Below are positions 58,014-64,000 of a stretch of 64,000 nucleotides of DNA, piece after piece; positions within the stretch are counted from its first letter, which is position 1, and each line of letters opens with the position of its first letter. The stretch lies in assembly GCA_964542645.1 (NCBI GenBank), contig CAZIUG010000015.1, positions 150,720-214,719 on the forward strand. Direction: 5' to 3'. Source of the stretch: an uncultured Opitutales bacterium (GTDB lineage: Bacteria > Verrucomicrobiota > Verrucomicrobiia > Opitutales > UBA2987). The position numbers and the translations under genes are program-made. The notes below the pieces were generated by a model. It was not told the DNA's origin, did not search any database, and saw only the letters and a list, made by a program, of their open reading frames with translations.

Positions 58014-58652
58014 CTATCTGACCGGATCAGGAACCTTCGAGAGAGCAACCCCAATTTCACCACTCAATTGGGCCAATCCAGTTCCCAGTTCACTAACCAA
58101 GGTCCCATACTTCGTCCCATTCCACATTCCATTAAACCGGAAGTCACCTGAATCAACTGTCTCCCCTCCTTTCCCGACAATGGACCACCCAGCATGAATT
58201 GCCACTAAACCGCCTCTAACTCCTTCGAATCTGGTGAGACGAATCTTAACCCGATAATTTAGCTCCGTTGGATCTGACAATGGAAATCGAAAAATTTCGA
58301 CTCCTGGAAGTTTATTAGCTAGATGCGCATACAACACTCGTGTTATGCCCTGCTCGAGATCCTCAGCCCATCGATTAAATTCCGAATAAGTGATCTCATT
58401 CCCCCCTCTTCGAAGCACTATCTTTGAAGTCTTCAAGTAGTCTGGCATCTCAATTATAAGTAGACCCACATTCAGGGTCTTGAGGATTCCGCTCGCTTCA
58501 ATTGGTGCTGGTTCAGACAGGACATAGAACCGGGTTGGATCTAGTTTAGGATCCAAATCAATACATCCCCCGGTCATTGAAAGTAAGGCAACCCAAACTG
58601 ATGTTCGATACATCATTTTTCCTAAAAATAATTTATTCCCTGACTTCTTCAA
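58014..58652 (-). CDS. ABC-type transport auxiliary lipoprotein (PqiC/DUF330-like)
   Basis: Lipobox LSMTGC. 212 aa. It has a 4-nt overlap with the upstream MCE gene, which is the usual position for this family. Confidence 0.7.
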   Translation of the reverse strand: MKKSGNKLFLGKMMYRTSVWVALLSMTGGCIDLDPKLDPTRFYVLSEPAPIEASGILKTLNVGLLIIEMPDYLKTSKIVLRRGGNEITYSEFNRWAEDLEQGITRVLYAHLANKLPGVEIFRFPLSDPTELNYRVKIRLTRFEGVRGGLVAIHAGWSIVGKGGETVDSGDFRFNGMWNGTKYGTLVSELGTGLAQLSGEIGVALSKVPDPVR

Positions 58653-59680
58653 TTTTCCTTCGGACTCTTTCCTCTCAATAACGAATTGGGATTCCGTTCC
58701 AAATAGTTAACTAAAATACGAATTGCTTCCGCCGCTTCCGTCACCTCTGCCAGAGCATCTTCGATCCGGTAACGAAAAGACGATTCTGAAGAAAACAAGT
58801 ACTCTGCTTTAGAAGTCGTATCTCCGACTTGTTTCAGCATTCGTTGTAGCTCTTCATTAGTTTCACCGGCCTCAGCCAACACTGTATCAAATCGACTGTT
58901 AAGTTTTGTAGCGAGCAATTGAAACTCATTAACGGTCTCTCTTATCGCTGTTATAGTCTCACGAAGTTCGGGCGATTCCAAAAAATTCGAAGTGGAATGG
59001 CTGGCTTCTTTAATTAATTCACTAACTCCTCCAAAATCAACTTCCTCCAACCCTTCGCGAACATTTTTTAATACTCTTATGAGTTCATCATTGATCATTG
59101 GTATGTCGAGCGCGCCTAATCTTACAAAAACCTCCTCCACGTTCTGACCTAATTGAGCGTTCAAGGAAGGCACTGTTGGAATCTCCTTATAGATAACTTT
59201 ATCCTGTACCAGTTTAGGCTGTTCTGCATCAAGCACGATATCGATTTCTATATATCTCAACCCCGTAATGAAGCTTTCTGTCACTAACTTTGCTCGATAC
59301 CCCAGGGATATTATCTTGGAAAACGTATCGTTATCTCGAATATCCACATCCACACCAAGAGAGCTATTGAGAAAAGCCAAATCTAATTGTATGACCACTG
59401 GAATATGATCAATTTGATCTCCCTGGTTGAAGCGTAAAAAGATTTCCTTAACGCTCCCAATTTTCACACCGCGGAACTTTACCGGAGATCCAATATCAAG
59501 GCCACTGACTGGTTCGTCGAAGTAACAGATAAATTCCTCATAGGCGCTGAAAAACTTAAAGGAACCAAAGAAAATAAGGGTTCCAACCGCTAGGATCAAT
59601 CCTCCGATCACAAACAAGCCGATGACTGTATGGTTAGCTCTTCTGCTCATTGGAAATAGAGACCCAAGGCACCCTTGCAA
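58649..59680 (-). CDS. mlaD: MCE/MlaD-family substrate-binding protein
   Basis: N-terminal TM helix (VIGLFVIGGLILAVG), then the MCE core (GSPVKFRGVKIGSV). The start is either TTG 59680 or ATG 59650. Confidence 0.85.
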   Translation of the reverse strand: MQGCLGSLFPMSRRANHTVIGLFVIGGLILAVGTLIFFGSFKFFSAYEEFICYFDEPVSGLDIGSPVKFRGVKIGSVKEIFLRFNQGDQIDHIPVVIQLDLAFLNSSLGVDVDIRDNDTFSKIISLGYRAKLVTESFITGLRYIEIDIVLDAEQPKLVQDKVIYKEIPTVPSLNAQLGQNVEEVFVRLGALDIPMINDELIRVLKNVREGLEEVDFGGVSELIKEASHSTSNFLESPELRETITAIRETVNEFQLLATKLNSRFDTVLAEAGETNEELQRMLKQVGDTTSKAEYLFSSESSFRYRIEDALAEVTEAAEAIRILVNYLERNPNSLLRGKSPKEN

Positions 59681-59682
59681 AT

Positions 59683-60438
59683 TTACTTACCACCCCTGGT
59701 AAGGAATTCATAAACATTTGTATTGGGTGGATCCTCTAATAGTTGATTCGGATGCCCTATTGCCGTCATCGTCTTAGGACCAGCGTCGAGAAAGATTGCG
59801 TTATCGGCAATCGAAAAGATGCTCTTCAGCTCATGGGTTACAACTACGACAGTGGTACCCAAGCTGTCCCTCAACTGTAAAATCAAGTCGTCCAGTCTTC
59901 TAGAATTGATTGGATCGAGACCAGCCGAGGGCTCATCAAAGAATAAGATCTCGGGATCCAACGCCATGGCTCTAGCCAATCCAGCTCGCTTTCGCATCCC
60001 TCCGCTTATCTGAGATGGATAAAACTCCTGAAATCCTTTCAACCCGACCAATGACAGCTTGTAAGAAACGAGTTCCGAGATTTCCCTTGAATTCAGCTCA
60101 GTATATTCCTCCAACGGCAACGCCACGTTCTCAGCCAGGGTCATCGAGCTCCACAAGGCTCCACCTTGATAGAGAACTCCGAATCGACGAACTTGGGACT
60201 GCTTCTCCTCTTCAGAGGCGTGTACAAAACTGATCCCATCGTAAAGGATATCTCCTCGAACCGGTTCCGATAAACCAATCAGATGTTTGAGTAGGGTACT
60301 TTTCCCGCATCCGCTCCCACCCATGACAATCATGATTTCACCATCCAGAACCTCGAAATTAAGATCTCGCATAACGACAAAGGACCCATAGGCCATATTC
60401 AATCCTTCGACCTTAATATGAACCCGTTTAGAAGTCAC
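59683..60438 (-). CDS. mlaF: Mla-type ABC transporter ATP-binding protein
   Basis: Walker A GGSGCGKST, signature ISGGMRKR and Walker B LFFDEPSAGLDP. Confidence 0.9.
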   Translation of the reverse strand: MTSKRVHIKVEGLNMAYGSFVVMRDLNFEVLDGEIMIVMGGSGCGKSTLLKHLIGLSEPVRGDILYDGISFVHASEEEKQSQVRRFGVLYQGGALWSSMTLAENVALPLEEYTELNSREISELVSYKLSLVGLKGFQEFYPSQISGGMRKRAGLARAMALDPEILFFDEPSAGLDPINSRRLDDLILQLRDSLGTTVVVVTHELKSIFSIADNAIFLDAGPKTMTAIGHPNQLLEDPPNTNVYEFLTRGGK

Positions 60439-60464
60439 TTCTCAACAACAATTGTGTTCAAATT

Positions 60465-61586
60465 CTAGATATCGTAAATTGCAGCAATCCAGTCAATTAT
60501 CGCATTGAAGAATATGATAAGTGTAATTCCAGTCACTACTGCTGAGGTAGTAGCCAACCCCACTCCTTCGGCACTATCCCTAGATTGCATTCCGCGCAGA
60601 CATCCTGAAATAGCAATTAACATTCCGAAAATTATTCCCTTGACGATTCCCAATAAGTAGTCGGGCAAAGCCACGGCAACTTTCATTCCGTTAAGAAACA
60701 TCGGAACCGAAATATCGAGCATTAAATTGGAAACAAGCATACCACTCGCCACTCCTATCACGTCGGCATACAATACAAGAACTGGCATCATCAAAAAAAG
60801 CGCCAAAATACGGGGAAGAAAGATAAAATCGATTGGATCAATCCCCAGGGTCTTAAGAGCATCAATTTCCTCGGAAAACTTCATGCTCGCGACTTCGGCC
60901 GCAAAAGCTGCCCCCGTTCGGCCTGCAATAATTATTCCCGTCATTAGAGCACCTAATTCCCTCAACATTCCATATCCAACAAGATAGGAGACGTAAACAT
61001 CAGCACCCAATCGCTGCAGTACTACTGACCCCAAAAATGCGATAATTAGGCCGATCAAAAAGCTAACAAGAGTAACGATCCAAATAGCATTGGCCCCCAC
61101 CTCTTGGACAATGAGCCAAAAGTCCTTCCAACGTACCGAGGTCCGTCCAACCAGCATCCGAAGAATACTCGCAAAACACTCTCCAGTGAAACCAAGCATT
61201 TCCAGGAATTCTCTATATCGCTCAACCGCTGCCTTTCCAATTCGTTCCACGAATGTCTTCGTCTCTACATCCAGTTGGGCGTTGTCATTTTCCGGTACTG
61301 CAAAGGATAAATTGAGCAGCATTCTTAAATCATTAGGAAGCAGGGACCGATCGAATTCCAAGTTATGTCTTCTACATAGATACACGAGTTTAACCAAATA
61401 TGCCATAAGCATGGAATCCCAATCCTCAACCTCATTCGTTGTCACCGCCACAACTCTGAGATTCTCAACTGTGTCGAATAATTCTTCGACTGAAGCAAAA
61501 TCCGGAAGGGATGAATCAACCCTCCAGTTACCCGTTAAGTGAATGGTTAATGCCTCTTCTCCAAGGTCCGTCTGTATTGTGGCCAT
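60465..61586 (-). CDS. mlaE: MlaE-family ABC permease with an N-terminal STAS/MlaB-like extension
   Basis: The C-terminal 250 or so residues have the MlaE pattern (GPxxV.., EIDALKTLGIDP, five TM helices). The first 110 or so residues are soluble and STAS-like (LTIHLTGNW...). Confidence 0.88.
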   Translation of the reverse strand: MATIQTDLGEEALTIHLTGNWRVDSSLPDFASVEELFDTVENLRVVAVTTNEVEDWDSMLMAYLVKLVYLCRRHNLEFDRSLLPNDLRMLLNLSFAVPENDNAQLDVETKTFVERIGKAAVERYREFLEMLGFTGECFASILRMLVGRTSVRWKDFWLIVQEVGANAIWIVTLVSFLIGLIIAFLGSVVLQRLGADVYVSYLVGYGMLRELGALMTGIIIAGRTGAAFAAEVASMKFSEEIDALKTLGIDPIDFIFLPRILALFLMMPVLVLYADVIGVASGMLVSNLMLDISVPMFLNGMKVAVALPDYLLGIVKGIIFGMLIAISGCLRGMQSRDSAEGVGLATTSAVVTGITLIIFFNAIIDWIAAIYDI

Positions 61587-61846
61587 CTGAGTCTGAAATT
61601 CGATCCTAAAAGCCTATCCCCCTAGGGGCTAGCAAAATATTCACAAGGCAAACTCCATCAAGCCATCTCCTAGCAATAGGAAAATTTGAACCTGTGAGTG
61701 ATAATCGGCTATGATTTTTAATTTCTAAACATTAATATACCAATATCCTGAAAGCCATAGCACGGCAAAATTCTAGATCGAGAGTTGCAACACCCCGTTC
61801 ACGAACGAAGACTATCTCAAAACCGATACGAGACTTTTCTAGGAAC

Positions 61847-64000
61847 GTGAAGAAGCAGAACAAAAACGAACTCCAAGGAATTCTTGAGCGAATCATTTTC
61901 CTGAATGACGAATCACAATTTTGCATAGGCGAATTCAAGTCCAGCAAGGAGGGAAAGAATCTAACCATTAAAGGCACACTTCCGGGCGTTCAATGCGGCG
62001 AAACATTGCACCTGCACGGCCACTGGGAGCGTCATCCCAAACACGGCGACCAATTTAATGTTACACAATTTAAATCGATTCTTCCCTCTACCGTTTACGG
62101 TATTCGAAGGTATCTAGGAAGCGGTCTGGTTCCTGGCATCGGGAAAGTTTATGCCGATAAAATAGTAGAGCGTTTTGGAGCCGATACGTTACGCATCATC
62201 TCAGAAGAATCAGCTCGTCTTAAAGAAGTCTCAGGAATTGGACGAAAGCGCATAGAAGCCATCAAAAGTAATTGGATTCAACAAGAAGCTCTTCGAGATG
62301 TGATGACATTCCTCCAAACCTATGGTGTTTCCGTCGCTCAATGCCTCCGCATCGTACGTCGATACGGCCCATCGGCCAAAAGAATCGTCCGCGAGGAACC
62401 CTACAAGGTTGCCCGGGATATTCCTGGTATCGGCTTTAAGAGTGCTGATAAAATCGCCATTAACATTGGTTTCGCCAACGACAGTAAGGAGAGAATCGAA
62501 GCGGGAATTCATTACGCCCTACAATCCCTCGAAGATGAAGGTCACACCGGGTTCCCTTTTGACTCCCTGGCTACTCACTCGGCAGAACTCCTTCAGGCCA
62601 AAATTGATTCTGTTCGAAGCTGTTTGGCTTCACTGGTTGAAAAAAAAGAATTAGTTTTTGACTCTAACCACCCTCTTGTCCAGTTACCCACGTTGGACCA
62701 AGCTGAGCGCACTATCGCGAAGGCTATTCGCAAGATTTCAACCGGATCCTCTCACTATCCCGGGATTAAAGTTGAAATCGCAATAAATTGGGCACAAGAA
62801 CGCGCTAATATGCCTTTTGCCGAAGACCAGAAACATGCCATTCGCACGTCGCTTACAGAAAAAGTCTCAATTATTACCGGTGGACCTGGAACTGGGAAGA
62901 CCACTATTCTCAAGGCTGTAGTAGAGATTCTTAAAGCAAAAAAAGTTAACGTTCTACTAGCCTCTCCCACTGGTCGGGCTGCCCAGAGAATGTCGGAAGC
63001 AACCGGCCATTCAGCCCAAACAATCCATCGGATGCTGAAATTCGATCCCGCGAAAGGGAAATTCTCTGTTAATCACTCTTCCCCATTAAAGGCAGATGTA
63101 CTGATTGTAGATGAAGTCAGTATGCTAGACTGCCGTCTTGCTGCCGCCCTTCTCCAGTCGATCCCCTCTTATGCCCATCTCGTTCTGGTTGGCGACATAG
63201 ACCAACTACCTTCCGTTGGGTCTGGAAATATTCTTACCGATCTTATTAATTCGCAAAGTATACCAGTGACTCTTCTATCCACGATCTTTCGTCAAAAAGA
63301 GGAAAGCGATATTATCAAGGTTGCTTATCGAATTCTCAACGGCCATCCAAGCCCGCCACGTCCTACGACAGAACTTAGCTCTCTTCACCTCAATGAAGAC
63401 CTCCAATTTCTCAAGACTACCTCCCCTCAAGAATGCGTCGAATTGATTGCAGCCATATGTAAAAAATTTTTCTCCGCCCAAACAACATATGATCCCATTA
63501 TGGACGTACAAGTCTTGGCCCCCCTTCACAAGGGAATAGCAGGTATTCGAAACCTGAACCTTGAACTTCAGGCCCGGCTTAATCCCAATGATAACGGGCT
63601 ATACTCTGGTAATACACGATTCCTAACCGGCGATAAGGTCATACAAACCCGAAATAATTACGACAAATCTATCTTTAATGGCGATATCGGAAAGGTTGTC
63701 ACAGTAGAACGTGACGAAAGCAGACTCACCGTCGAATTCATGAACGAGACCGTCGTCCTTGACCGATTCGAAATCAGTGATCTACAACTGGCATATACCA
63801 CCAGCGTCCACAAAGCCCAAGGAAGTGAATTCCCCATCGTTATCATTCCTCTTCTCAAACAGCATTATATCATGCTCCAGCGAAACCTACTCTATACCGC
63901 TATCACTCGTGGCAAACACCAAGTATTCATCGTGGGTGATCCCGCCGCCTACGCCATCGCGGTTAATAATAAAGAGTCGGCTGCCAGGTTTACCGGGCTA
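61847..64000 (+). CDS. recD2: RecD2-type SF1 DNA helicase; 3' end runs off the right window edge
   Basis: Absent from the ORF track because no stop lies in the window. My translation from GTG 61847 has an N-terminal OB/HhH region (VPGIGKVYADKIV, VSGIGRKRIEAI), Walker A ITGGPGTGKTT, Walker B IVDEVSM, VGDIDQLPSVG and motif VI TSVHKAQGSEF. The frame is open from 61736 to 64000. Confidence 0.9.
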   Translation, partial: MKKQNKNELQGILERIIFLNDESQFCIGEFKSSKEGKNLTIKGTLPGVQCGETLHLHGHWERHPKHGDQFNVTQFKSILPSTVYGIRRYLGSGLVPGIGKVYADKIVERFGADTLRIISEESARLKEVSGIGRKRIEAIKSNWIQQEALRDVMTFLQTYGVSVAQCLRIVRRYGPSAKRIVREEPYKVARDIPGIGFKSADKIAINIGFANDSKERIEAGIHYALQSLEDEGHTGFPFDSLATHSAELLQAKIDSVRSCLASLVEKKELVFDSNHPLVQLPTLDQAERTIAKAIRKISTGSSHYPGIKVEIAINWAQERANMPFAEDQKHAIRTSLTEKVSIITGGPGTGKTTILKAVVEILKAKKVNVLLASPTGRAAQRMSEATGHSAQTIHRMLKFDPAKGKFSVNHSSPLKADVLIVDEVSMLDCRLAAALLQSIPSYAHLVLVGDIDQLPSVGSGNILTDLINSQSIPVTLLSTIFRQKEESDIIKVAYRILNGHPSPPRPTTELSSLHLNEDLQFLKTTSPQECVELIAAICKKFFSAQTTYDPIMDVQVLAPLHKGIAGIRNLNLELQARLNPNDNGLYSGNTRFLTGDKVIQTRNNYDKSIFNGDIGKVVTVERDESRLTVEFMNETVVLDRFEISDLQLAYTTSVHKAQGSEFPIVIIPLLKQHYIMLQRNLLYTAITRGKHQVFIVGDPAAYAIAVNNKESAARFTGL

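Noticed and set aside
61090-61542. 150-aa plus-strand ORF antisense to mlaE. Similar cases occur at 12818-13240 (antisense to the enolase-family gene), 40094-40480 and 3226-3630.
   Set aside because: All lie within strongly supported CDSs, have biased Ser/Arg/Thr composition and no recognisable domains. They are typical frame shadows.

Overview
Chromosomal window with dense coding: about 50 CDS, 2 tRNAs and 1 SRP RNA. I found no rRNA, CRISPR array, transposase, integrase or prophage genes, and I recognise no transcription factor anywhere in the window. The gene content (signal-peptide-less sulfatases, a MoxR/Bat aerotolerance-type operon, a Sel1/TPR lipoprotein, an MCE/Mla transporter) suggests a marine Verrucomicrobiota- or Planctomycetota-like heterotroph; that is inference, not a search result.

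Layout, left to right:
- 1-848: partial Gfo/Idh/MocA oxidoreductase.
- 1.6-6.4 kb: NhaC antiporter, then a peptide/opine-type ABC binding protein and two ATPases with no permease genes.
- 6.8-24.4 kb: 13 genes for small-molecule and amine chemistry. These are a di-iron desaturase/MocD-like oxygenase, a Gfo/Idh/MocA dehydrogenase, a TIM-barrel isomerase/dehydratase-like protein, two multi-domain GNATs, a Zn-ADH, an enolase-superfamily enzyme, an MSOX-like amine oxidase, a ThDP enzyme, two class-III aminotransferases, an MFS transporter and an amidase.
- 24.6-28.8 kb: APS/PAPS-reductase-like gene, then housekeeping genes (hisI, gmd).
- 29-39 kb: unknown protein plus PhyH-like dioxygenase pair, tRNA-Thr, cupin protein, and a sulfatase/isomerase/dehydrogenase set.
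- 39.4-52.8 kb: tRNA-Gln, Sel1/TPR lipoprotein, and an eight-gene moxR-DUF58-DUF4381-batA-batBC-batD-batE-M32 carboxypeptidase operon.
- 53-64 kb: ffs-dnaX, coaC, leuA, an mlaEFD-pqiC-like operon, and a partial recD2.

The points I think most worth follow-up are:
- the unassigned amine/aminocyclitol-type island and its shared ACATGT-core palindromes;
- an in-frame A AAA AAG slippery site in dnaX with a -1 frame stop two codons later;
- an unannotated 34-aa Cys-rich small ORF with its own terminator;
- an ATGA-coupled small basic ORF upstream of the APS-reductase-like gene;
- an orphan intrinsic terminator in the gmd leader.

All functional calls come from reading motifs in the translations. 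No database search was run.
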